This document shows, piece by piece, positions 1 to 12,397 of a stretch of 64,000 bases of DNA. The stretch spans positions 62,001 to 126,000 of the forward strand of contig KZ537956.1 in the NCBI GenBank assembly GCA_000934665.2, given 5' to 3'. Both the position numbers and the translations under genes were made by a program. This DNA is from Catajapyx aquilonaris. Taxonomy: Eukaryota. The notes under the pieces are model-generated. The model was not told the origin of the DNA and did no database searches. It saw nothing but the letters and a program-made list of their open reading frames with translations. The number at the start of each line of letters is the position of its first letter. The stretch's first letter is position 1.

Positions 1-3000
1 ACATAAACATCCCTGGAACCTTCAGCCATTTTGTAAAATAGCTTCAAGCACGACCTGGCCTCCCCTTGTGATTTACGAGCCAACACGACGATTTTAACCC
101 CCGCAGGACTTACAACCGCAACAAATGGCTGACACAGCCAACCGCAGGGCGTATAGGTGACAATTCCCAAACTTCCTCGCACCCTCTCCCAAAAAAATAT
201 ATATTCGGAATACGCAGGCCTCAACCCCAAAAAACAGGAAGTGTGATCCGTTAACATTCAGGCCTCCCGGCGGCCGCCCTTTCAAAAAAGACGAAGCATT
301 TTTTATCACTCTGAGAGAGGACATTCTAAGCCCTCGTTTCCCCACGAATCCATGTCGCTTACTCCAAAGCTCCTTCGGGTGGAGGCAAATCCAACCCATA
401 TTTTAGTCCCAAGACCTGCAAAGCCCAAGGCTGTCAAATGCGTGAGCTGCCATCCCTTTCTTCGGCAAGTCTCCCCCTCAGGTACAGCTCTTCCAAGAAA
501 AAGAACGTTGCATCCCCCCCTCCAAAATCCGCCACCTCTCCTTCATTGCATATAAATGAACCGCGATTCTTCTATTAAACTAACTTTTTAAAAAAATATC
601 CTACGTCTAATCTAGTCCCCTGCCCGTAAATCAAAAATTATCTGGCGGATGGTAAGTGTAGGTAATTACTTTTTTCATGCAGGTATATGCTGCATATGCA
701 CCAGTGGGGAGCCTGAGGAAGGGACAGTGGCCGCGAGCAGCTGTTTTGGCAACGTCGCGTCGGGCAACTATGATGGTTGTGGGGCTCGTGTATACCATTC
801 GTGGCTTTTTTATTTATTTATTTTTCAGGATTTGTCTCTATATCCACAATCAGCGTTAAAATCAGTTAAAATAAACATGTAGCTGGAACATATCGACTGG
901 TGTCGTCGAGTCGTAATTAGAGCCAACTGCGAAGGCTTTCGCATGTCTTTTCGACGGCGTCGGTAATGAGCGCCCATCACACGTTTTTCGTCCTGTGACG
1001 GTAACGAGCCTTCTTCCGGCATTTCACTCACGTGCCTCGACACTTTGCCCTCGTCGGTACGGGGTTCAGGGGGCTATTTTGGACCCTTCCCTTCTGATTT
1101 TCGCCGCCGGCTTAATAGTGTTTGGGAAAACACGTCGTTGTTGCGACCTCTTCCAAAAAAAAGTGCAGTCTAGTCATATCCGTGATTCTGAGGAGGAATG
1201 CGAAGGTGTGGTGACACAGGTTCCCTTCCAATGACTGATAATCATCGCTACGGTATGTGAGGAAACCCTTCATTAGCACATCTCCAGCTCGAGTTTCTGG
1301 CAGAGGTGGGCGGTTTCCCGAAAGATGTCTGTCAGTCGGTCGCAGGGATATAGACTTCTTCGTCCGTCACTTACTTAGAGGGAAATTTGTCAAACACAAG
1401 TTGACAGGCGCTGTTCACCCCCCACAAAAAAAATTCGCGTGTCAATATTCGCCCGCAACTTCCAGGAGTGCCTGTCACTTAGGCCTATATTTACTTTTAA
1501 CGAACTCTTCGGGACTGAACGTATCTTGATAAGCGGACCCTGAGTGCTGAGAGATAAGAATGTCAATGCTATCCGCCGATATGCCCAAATCACGCCCCCC
1601 CTGTCTTGGGAGTTCCATTTATGCATCATGTGTGCACATCCGTAGCACTGACCTTCCTGTCGAATCAAATGATTGAATCAACCCGAATTTCGTTTACTAC
1701 GACCTTAGTTATTTTTAAAAAAAAGTTATTGGATTCGACCAGAAGCCTGTGGTTCATAAGCAACTGACCTCACTGCTGCATATTATTAGAGGAAACATTC
1801 CCCTCTTTCTCCCCCTTCACCAACCGCATAATCATTGCACAGTAGTTTAGTTCAAGTTATAGCCCCATGTCATCCTCCCCTTGCTTCAACCCCAACCCTT
1901 TCTGCTCTCGTTGCTAGGTTACAAAACTGGACAACGAGGGGTGCTGGCTACACGATATCAAGAAAAATCCCTTAATGACCAGGAGGGGTTGGGTATCAAA
2001 ACAGATATCAAGTGACCATCCTTGTATCATGAATACATAACTACAGTTCTACCTGCTGGTACACACTGTTGCATTTTCCAGTCTCGTCATCACCGGACCG
2101 AAATATCTGCATCAAACAGGCCCCCAGTGCTGATGGCGGCTCAGTGTCAACCGTCTGTCAGGCAGATTCGGAGACACCACCCCGGAGGCCCAGTGTTTGC
2201 CAATTCCGCCTTACATCCCCCGGTCCGCAGTTAATCCAATCCGAATCGCGCAATGTTTGCAACCCCCTTCCCCAACTTCCATCCGCGCCTGTTGAAAATT
2301 TCACGACATATTGACAGAAAATTACGTTCCGCAATGGGAAACGCTGGTACGCCCCAGCTTTTGAAACCCCCGGACCCATTTCCGTCCACTGCTGTCGTTG
2401 AGACTACGCCCTTTTCCTGAAGCACTTTCTTTTAAAGCATCTACGCTTTACCGGCTTTGGTTTTATTTCCTAAATGCCGATCCCATTACATGGCCTTTCC
2501 TTTTGTTGCCTCGCGGGGGTAATCGATACCACTTTATGTGCGCCGCCAGAGCTGTTGTGATGACGCTGCTTTTTTTTGTTGGAGGTACTTTTGGGGATCC
2601 TGTAATCTGCACTCCAGTCTAGAAATATGTGCAGAGTTATATACTAGGGGCTAATAAGTCTTCTATTTGGGGCTAATCCACTTTGGTGGATTTCACACGC
2701 AGGACACGCCCAACCTATGTCAACCTGCCATTCGCCCTACCTAAACATAGTGCTCCGCAGTGACTTCAAACAGGGGAATCAATAACAATTTATCACCACC
2801 CAGACATTTATATTCGTCTGCAAATAGGTGTACATCCTAATGCGACCCTTTCGCGCATTATCATCATGGGCGCGGTGCTTGCCGCATTTTCGGGAGGTCA
2901 TATTTTGTAACCCCCAGATGACCAAATAGGGTCCGGGCACTTGTTTTACGTGAGCCTGGCACCTAATTAATCATAACTGACACTTGTAAAAATCCCCCCC

Positions 3001-3469
3001 TTTTTTGTATCGAGTAGGGGGGGACTGAAACCTGACTCTGCGCAATATTACTCTTGTGCCATGCCCCACCCTGTTCCTCCTCTAGCTGGAGGGCTGCTGC
3101 AGGGAAACCCGTTTGGAGTAAAATCCCCTGCCTTGCTCCTGCAGCTAACCCCCTCCAATTCTCACAACACCCAAGAGCTGGTGCTGGGGGCTTTTGAAAC
3201 CGACTTACAAGCCTAGGTTGACATGGCTAAGACAGGCTGGAACTCTCGGCAAAAGGCGAATTCCACATCCCCTTGTGGGCGCTGCTGTCGTCAGAGACAA
3301 TGAAAGACGAATGGAGCCTTGCTTCAGGGGACGGTTCAAGGCGACAGCGTCGAGGCTGCCGTTCTGGTATCAATGAGATCCAACCTTACTCTGTCTCGAT
3401 GCCAGCCACCAATCCATTTGCAGGATTTTCCACATGTTTCAAAAATATATATGAGGCAGTGTGTCTTAC
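1..3469 (-). other. Plexin-B intron running off the window
   Basis: Starts with GTAAGA at 3469. I found no cysteine-rich PSI exon (C...C..C....DP.CGWC) in 1-3469. Confidence 0.7.
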
Positions 3470-3598
3470 CTTATTCGTGGAGAGCACGTAGAGGAACTGT
3501 CCCGACGAGTCCATGGTCGTGTCGGGCATCAAAGGGTATCCAGGATCGACGCTGACTTCCTCGTACTCCAATGCCTCCGTGCCGGACAGCAGCAAGAT
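3470..3598 (-). CDS. PlexB: Plexin-B, third coding exon (43 aa, end of Sema domain: ILLLSGTEALEYEEVSVDPGYPLMPDTTMDSSGQFLYVLSTNK)
   Basis: Acceptor TTTCCGTTTTAG|ATC and donor AAG|GTAAGA. 129 nt, phase 0/0. Matches the plexin Sema C-terminal pattern EYEE..VD.G.P...D.......LYVLS..K that precedes the first PSI domain. Confidence 0.92.
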
Positions 3599-6500
3599 CT
3601 AAAACGGAAAGCCATGCATTACCACACATGTCCCACTCCAGCGGTTCCGAGTATTCGCAGCATGCAGCGGCGTGCGATACTAATTGCCGAACCTAACCTT
3701 TTCATCGCACGCCACCGAATCAATGACACACCGGGCCAGACATGCCCCGCCCCAATATCCCCAAAGATACACGAAGACGATAATGGGTATTCCGCAGAAC
3801 GTCTATGTTTAGCCATCTCGAAGCAAGGTATCTGCCTTCCACCCCCCACTCCATATAACTGTGCCACCGACTTATTTATGGTAATTTATTCGCCGCTCAT
3901 GAAATGGTAAGTGGCTTCCAGGGTCTGGAATGTTGATACTAACTACTACGGAGAACATTGCTGCAGCACTATTCCCCTTCTATGTTTATTTACCGTAACT
4001 CTTCAAGCAGTTTCTCCACGCCCAGGGATAGGGAAGCACGACAGTAGAATTTATATGAAGCTTCATACAAGGGGACTACCCGAGGAATATTTTTCCCCCC
4101 TTCTTTGTAATTACAAAACACGCTGTGAGCAAAGTGGGGGTAGGATGGGGGCAGACTCTAGTTAAGATTACCGCTCATCTGAGCGGAATGCTTAATGCCC
4201 AGGCGCATCTCTTGCAGTCTTTGGAGTCAAGATGCAACCCAAACCCAGTTCAGGCTCAACCTCCGGGGCTTGATTTGCAAAAGCGTGTGGAAACGCACGG
4301 TCGCCAAATATAGCTCCTTCCTTGATTACATGTTCCAGGTTAAGTAGGGAGAAGCGGGGAAGGGTTGGAGGGTGGAGGGGTGGGGAGGAGGGGGGAAAAA
4401 AGAAGAAAAAAAATCGATTCGGCTACCGCACAGCAAAATAAGCCCGACTCTTTCATCTCATCCTACGCGGCCCAGCTTGCTATTTGCGAAACCGTCTCTC
4501 ACCAATGATGGCAACCGCTTTTCCAACCACAACAAACTTGTGACCTGTGACCCTGGACATCAATAATGCACCGGCACATCTCTCTGTCTCTCTCCCCAAT
4601 AATTTCCAGCATACCCGTGTATATGTACCCGGGGTCCTCCCCACCATTCCAGCCGCCGCTAGATGATAGATGAGTGGCAAGCTGAAACCAACAGCGAAAC
4701 GACGAACTTGACAATCCGTGTACGTGCCATCTGGCAATGACGTACGCAAGTGGGCAACCGCCAAAACCGCTATCACCGTGTCGGGAGGCGGAACAACCTG
4801 GCAATTTCCGTTTGATCCCGAAAGGGACGGTATGCATGCATTCGTTCATGCGAGCCGGTTCCATCCAGCACACGCTGTACCGAAATGTACCGTGCGGTGC
4901 TGCCCTCAGGCGGCTCCAGCACTGCCATCTATCGGCTACGGTGTTGCCCCCTCTAGGAAAAAAAAATATATTTCGTGGCACCCAGTATTCCAGGGCACAC
5001 AAACAGTTGCGCTCTCATTCATTGAAGCCAGCAGGGACGCTTGTACCATGAAATTGCAACCGACCGCCATTCAGTGCCATTTTGACCCCCGGCACGCATC
5101 AGTGTATGTCACACGCACTGACTCAAAACCTCCATTAAGCCAGGTCCTCACTCGATACATCAATGCTGCTGGAGCGAACAAAAATGGGAGGGTTGAACAC
5201 AATGCAAACCGCATTTTGGGGGTTGACCCCTCCTGCTCTTCCAGGTTGCGTCAGGTAAAGAGACACACGTCGGAAGTATACCGCACGCAGCCCCCACATT
5301 CTTCTGCACGAAGATTAATCGTCTTCCCACCTGAATGTCAACTATTAATTCCGGCAGTCAGAGTTTCACGGAATAACGCAATGCCCTTTTGTGCTGGGCA
5401 AAACTACACGTCAAATCAATATCTTCGATATTTTCCGGCATTGTAAACGAACCCGGAAATCCTACCTAAACACTGTATTCCTCCAGTTCCTATTAGTCTA
5501 CAAATTCACTTTGTACCGCACAAAAACTGATCGAACTCGCGGCATCGAAGTTATGTCGTGATGTCGAGCACAGCACACCCAAGCGGGACCGCTGTATTGA
5601 AAAATACTGGCGGAATTTAATCAACGATTTTCCACACCGCCGCGCCCATTAGATAGGCAACATTGTGACTTGTCGGCTTTGTGTCACCACGTCCCGGGGA
5701 AGCTCAAAAAAACATGGGACACACAGCGACAGTTACTGTCCCACCGAAATTTTTTAAAAGCGACCTCTGGGAAATTCAATACAAACCCAAAGATACACCA
5801 ACTTGCGAGCCAAAAATTGCGGCACGCGCCGACTAATCCTCGGAAAAGTCCAAAGTTGAGTCCCCCACAACAAGGCCCCGTGCTTTTGTACGTCACGTCG
5901 AGGGTGCGACGGCCGTGGTGAAGCCCGGGGTGGGGGAGATTAAGCCTAAAGCCCTGGGGTCGAAAACTCTCCTGCATGTATGCTCCAGTGTTAGCTGGGG
6001 GAGGTCATACTCACCCCCCCCCCCCATGCGGTAGCAATAACGTCAATTGGAATGTTTAGAGGCTCCAGATAGGATTGTCCGTGGTTAACTCTGTCACGGG
6101 GAACGGTTATTCACGACTGGAGCAGTTACTGTAACGCAAGCACTTTGCGTGTGAGGGAGGATTACTGTACTTGAGCCCTGAGATATCTGGATTTGCATGT
6201 CGATATCAGCATAATGATTCTTCAGGGGAAGATCTTTACTACGCGACGATGTGGTCGTTGCAGAGCCATTGCGTTGTTACCAGTTAGCATGAAATGTGCC
6301 CTTTGTTTTCTTTCAGTGTACGGTACAAAAAACGGCCAAAAATCCATCTCCTAAAAACACCGTGGAAGCTTTCTTACAAACGAGGCCGTGTTGACTCTAA
6401 CTAATTTATAAACGGCCGTTTTGAGTCTGCAGCCATACGAATCTGCCTGCCAGCATTTTTCTTTTCATAACTCTCTCCCTGCCGCCCCATACCATGAACC

Positions 6501-9500
6501 GACGAGCTATATAAGTCTTAGCTGGCAGCAATAACAGCCTGTCATTATCATTCAAGAAAGTTATTAAACGAGCAAATATTGATAAAAAAAACGCCGGGGA
6601 AAGAGAAAGTGGAAGAACAAAAAGGGGCAACCTTATTGCATTGCTTGAATAATGGAAGGGCTGTTAAAAGTACTGCCGGTCAGGGGCATATTCTAAAGGG
6701 GAGAAAAAATAACTGGCTGGAAGAGTGTCCCTACTGTGTTGTCCAGCAGGGTATGCATTAAAGTAGTCGCCGCCATTGATATATATTTCATACACGCTTT
6801 TATTGCCACAGCTCTGAGGAAGCTGTTAGGTCGGGAATGGAAATGAGCGTCGAAATTGTCACAGTGGGAAATCCCACACGTTCTGAAAAAAGGTGGTATC
6901 GACGTATCTCCAGAAAAAAAAAAAAGCGTTTTCTTGGAGCTGCCCTTCCTCTCATTAGAACCCAAGGGAGGTTGGCAGCTGGGATTGAAATCAGTTCTAG
7001 GACTCCTGGCCTGGAATCTTGCAGCCAGAAGGAGAAGAGGTGGCCTGGGACTTTATTTGTCGTCTGAGGGTGGAAGAGGGGGGTGCAGGTCCTCCCGAAA
7101 AATTCGCCTTAACGAGTTCGGAATCGATCATCATGCCGACCACTCCTTAAATCACGGGAGCTTCCTACATGCTTTGGCCCCGGCCGAAAAACTCTGAGGG
7201 TTGCTACCGGGCGTGCAACACGTCAGGTCTGATCGTGAGAATGGTGCCACTTGCTCTCATTTCATTCATAAAATCGGCCTGTACCGGTACACTTAAAACT
7301 AGTTGCGAGAATTTCCGGATAGGGAAATATGCATGAAAATGTGCGTAAAAAGATATATTTGGAATGATGCGGGTTAATGATTAAAAAATAATTTTATGCG
7401 CACTATTGCGTGCATTTGGGTAAATAACAAATTTGACAATTTCTTGATGGCAGAATATGATGAACAAGTGGAGGGCAGCTGTTGTCGCGGCGACACCACA
7501 CAAAGAAACCGGCTGCATGGTGGGGGGTGGTCGCAAATAAGATCTCTCTCTGGGTCTCAGGCCATAAAGAATCGCCAAGAGAGATTGGAAACGTCTGCCA
7601 AGCAGCCCTCTCAGTGAGGGCCAATTAATAATCCAACGGAGCCCCCTCCTTTCCTTTTTGTCCTTTGGCTCACGGATTCTTCTTCAATCTCGGGGTGTGG
7701 AAATGGGGCTTTTTCCCGTCGGCTCCGTTTCTTACAACCCCTTTGCCCACCCCCTCCCCCCACCTCCAGCCTCCTCCAGCAGAGCTCCAAAGAGCATTAA
7801 AAGCATCCGATCACGTTTGAAGAAAGGCCGACCAGGGAGCCACTAGTCCTCTCTGTTTCCCCATCTCCTTCCCTCAGGTAGCTGATTACCCACTCGAGGA
7901 ACCTAATTCTGCAAATGCTGATATGAATAATTAAATCATTAATCCCATTAAAATTTCGACTGGGGAGAGCTTCGAGGGAAGGGGGTGGTAAGGGAGGGCC
8001 TCCTCCTCATTTAGAAAACATGGCCACGAATGGTTGTCACATTCGTAATGAAATTAGCCCGTGCAAATAAAATTCCTTCTAGCTATTAAATGTCAAGGAG
8101 ATAATGATTTCCAATGATCTAGGCCATTAATCCCTGTCTAATGACTGCGTGCTTGCCTACTCTTTTTTATATCGCTGGTTAATTACATTTCCTTGTTAAG
8201 TCGCTGGATGATTTGTCTAGCCCACATTTTAGGGGTGGCCTCCGTCCCAAAAAAAAACATTGACAAACATGTCAACATAATGCAACGAGACTATTCTCTC
8301 CGATGCCCTCTTTATCGAGCGGTCTGGTCTCCCCATCAAACGCATGAATAAATAAAACCAGGCCCCTGAACTGACCAGCCCTTTAAAATTTCACGATTAT
8401 CAAATTTGCGACCGTGTGGGGGTGGGCCTTTCAATATTTCAGGCCACACAGAGGCCCACCCATCCGACCTTCACTCCCTTTTCTGACGGTTTTAGTGGAA
8501 AAAGGAGTTTCTTGTTGTTATCGGGGTTCACCTTGGTAGTCAGTCTTCAATCAGGGCGCACGGAGGGGGTCAAAATTACTACGTTTCCGTGCGGAAAGAG
8601 AACGGAGAAGGCGGGATAAAAATGGAGAAACTCACAACCACACGATTTAGTACCAGCACGCTAAGCCCTGGACAACAATCCCAATGAGTTGCAATAAAGC
8701 TGTACAACCATGGGAAGAGGAGGGGGGACATCATATCTCCCCCTCGGTCTGAAATCCCCTTTACCAGCAGCCCCCCTATCCATGGACTGATCTTCCTCAC
8801 GCTTATGCTCATATTTAACCAAACGACTAATCCCGTGCTCCAATCAGTGGGCAGTGCAGCCAACCGAAGTCATTTGCTGTTTCCCCCCACTCCCTTTTAC
8901 TAGAATTTTGCATGCGGATTTTGGCACGAAGGAGCAAAATGACAAACCCGCGTGCAGTGGTATATCGAACCTGCTGCACAACGCTGTTATTAATAAAAGA
9001 ACCCCCGGTGCATACATGTCTTTTTACATTGGCCTCGAGGGTGCCTTAGCCTGGAAGTCACATTATGCAATTGGAAAATTTAACGCACCGAAATCGCATT
9101 ACAAGGGGTGGGGAAATGCGGTCTGTAAGCGATAATAAAGCCACCTCCTAAATCACTTTGGGGGTTGAAGCGGCGAAAGTGCAATTCTACTCGGTACCAA
9201 CAAGGAAACCACCGCAGAGCCTGATCAAATTAAAACATTTGGCTGCCAAGCGGACCAACCTCCTGAATTATTTCGTCCTCCCCCCCTAGCTACATTTACT
9301 GTCCAAAATAGCCCCTCCATCAAGCTATTCACTATTTAGGAACGGCCTGTAATAGGCCCTGCAAATACCCGAGCCGGTCGGTTTGGCACCCGTGCATATC
9401 CAATTCCGCACAAGACCCCTTTTATGTCACCGAGCGACATGGAGGCCCTGGTCACGTCGATTGATGGTATCGCCACCACTTATCGGCATACATTCGAATA

Positions 9501-12220
9501 CAAGGGTATATACAGGAGGGGAACCCGCCATAAAACACTAACCGTATCGTGCATTCTTCGGGACATTTATCGATGACTGATGATAACCCTTACATTATTG
9601 AGCCGAAACCATCGGTGGATTGTCGCCACTCGAATGCACTAGTAGTAAACCGCAATTGGGTTGGAAGCCACGTGCAGCAATGGAGCAAGATGGAAATTAA
9701 TTGGAAGAGCCGCCGAGGTGCCTGGAATTCCCCCCAGCCCCTATCCCATCGGTATCCCCAGCTCGCCATTCCGCAAACATTTTGCTCCTGCGGTTGTTCC
9801 AGGCTAGGGGGATGGGTGGGGGTAAATTCTCTTTCACAACCAATCTACACTGGGGGAAGAATATTAGCATCCTTTTGCTGCAGAGAGGTGTTGTTTCCAC
9901 CAGCTGCAGTTATCTGCCCTGGGCAAATGTTTGGGAGAGTTTGGCCGCTGATAACATGGAGGACCATTAGAGCACAACCACCCCCATCAATTTGCTACAA
10001 GTCATTCACTCGACATCTACACCCAACTGAAATTTCTCCTTTTCCCTCTCTTCATCCGCGCCATGCTTGACACAAACCATCCCAGGAGGAAATTGAAAGA
10101 AAGCAGACAATGCATTTCACTTAACAGACTCTGAATCGCATTGCAGGTTTCGCTCTCTCTACCTATCTCATTTCCTATTCTGCCGCCTTCCGTCAACATT
10201 CCGGAGTCAAGGGGAACCCTGCATAATTAGTTCTTCCATTCAAACCCCCCCCCCCCCCCACTAGTTATAACCAGCAGAGAGCCAGCAGCATTCCAATTAC
10301 CAGCCTTTAAACCGCGGTTTGTCCTGCTCATTTTTATGGACACGACCGATTCGCAAATGGTGCAAAATGCTTCTGGTTCCATTCCCCTTAATGAAACCGC
10401 TATACTGCTATTTTCTTCTTGGTCCGCGGACCGGAATCATCTCCACCTGAGCCGCGGTCGAAACACGCCCCAAAATTATCCAATGTTTTGAGCCGTTGTA
10501 CTGCAGGCAGTCACGCACCGGTCAATCGATAAATCTCGATAATGAGATTAATTTCAGCCAATCGCTCGAACTCATTCACGCGTACAGATACTTCAATTAA
10601 CGCCGAAGAGGTATTATAGTTTGCAGGGGGGGGTTTCGGTTGGGGGGGAAGGTTCCAAAATAATCACCCTCTCGGAATCCATCATTGGCTCCCACAGCAC
10701 ATTATCTCTATTAAGGGACGAATTGCGAGCGTGCTTTTTTTCAGCGAAAAAAACAGGGCGCTACAGATGCAACAGTGATCCCCCATAAAATAGCCGATTA
10801 GCCAACAACGTAAATGTCAGCTCAGCTAATTCCGGTAATGAACACCGGCATTAATGATAATATTTTAATAAGTGGTATAATCAGGGGGAAAGGTGATTGG
10901 GCAGCCGGTTTCAATGGATGCTTTATCATAAAGTATGCTAATGCGATCGATGACATGGCAAGTGCTGTGAAGTGGGGGGGACATTTTGGAACTGACGCTG
11001 GATGGGTGGGTGGGGGTGGGAGAAAAAAAGCTTGACCAATCAGGGTACAAAATTATAGTGCGGGGTTGAAAGAAATAATTTCAAAACTGCGCTGGCCAAG
11101 TTAGGCAACTCCGCTGTTGCTAATCAATGCGACATTAAAGACTGCTGGATTGAATCAGGTTACCATGGAGACAACGGAACCCTCGTGTCATTGGATGTAC
11201 GTTTTTAAAATTGTTAATCCTGCCCGCCACCAGTAATTATTTGACTTTGACATGGTCCACCTACAGTATAATGTTGGTGGCCGTGACAACGCTTTCGCAG
11301 AGTATGTACTGTACAGTGTTAACAACAAAACAACAAAAACAGGTCTCCGCGGCAACGGCACCCAATCCAGTGAGTCAGCACCTTGACGAATTTGCATCGT
11401 GTAATCGGATTAATTTTCAATCTTACCCACGAGTGGAAATAAATCAAAGCCAATTAAAACGCGCGTAGATCTACCAACTACTGCTATTCAATATGCCAAA
11501 ACACTCATTCAGTTACTTTTTGAATAGACCTGCAATGTGGTTCGCCATCCAACAATCAATTGCGAATTGACGAATGATTATTATTGTGGCGCATTTTTAC
11601 TGCAAATGGCAATTCTTAGAAGTTACATACTGTAATATATTATTGTTTCGGTTATTTAAACCCCGCTCGTAGGCCACTTGGCTCGTGCATCATGAGCCTA
11701 TCAAGTCGAGTTCATTAACCCCAGTTCCAAATGTGATAAGAGTAATTAACGTCATTTGGAAGAAGCAAATAATGACTCCACAGTGACGGGAAAACAAACA
11801 CATCGTGGGCCACATCAATGCCATGGTGTATGGGCTCATTCAATAATTAAACTTGGGCACGCACAACGCGCTTAATATTTTTATACAGCACTTTTAATTT
11901 GTTTCTAAAAAACAGTGTTGTATATCCCGGCCAACAGATGGTAGTGACACCTCGTTTGTGCGGTATATAAGGAGATCGGGGGACACAGAATCCCATAAGG
12001 GGCTACCACCCATTATCTTCTCAGGAGTCGTCTGGAGGGACAGGATACGCACAAAAGGACTGACATATACTACTTCTTCCATATATCCTCCTCACGATTG
12101 ACGCCGCAGCTAGTTTAATCCGTTGGTCTCGCATGAGACCCTAGGGGCGCCTTTGAAGAGCGACCCCCTACCGAAAAAAGACCTTCGAATCAGCCAGAAG
12201 CACAGAAGAAGAGGACTCAC
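3599..12220 (-). other. Plexin-B intron, 8622 nt, GT-AG, phase 0
   Basis: Defined by the flanking exon splice sites. Confidence 0.88.
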
Positions 12221-12397
12221 CTTTTTGAGGGCGCCGTCCGATGTACCGGCGAAGGCCACGGTGTGCCTCTCGGTGACGGCCAAAGACACCGAACTCAACG
12301 AAGTGTTCCGGTAGTGGATGGCGGCCATGTTCGAGATCGGGGTGACACCCGAGATTTTCAGCCCCACTTCACAGAAGTTGAGGATGTTGCCCGTCGT
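12221..12397 (-). CDS. PlexB: Plexin-B, second coding exon (59 aa, Sema domain: TTGNILNFCEVGLKISG...HTVAFAGTSDGALKK)
   Basis: Acceptor TTGGTCTTTCCAG|ACG and donor AAG|GTGAGT. 177 nt, phase 0/0. Continues DGKCPKAG in frame and has the plexin HT(V)AF(L/A)GT.DG.LKK motif. Confidence 0.93.

Noticed and set aside
4718..5446. 242-aa plus-strand ORF
   Set aside because: GTG start, no codon bias, no domain, intronic and antisense.
6005..6025. Strong donor GG|GTGAGTAT inside the intron
   Set aside because: No matching upstream acceptor found; it abuts a homopolymer.
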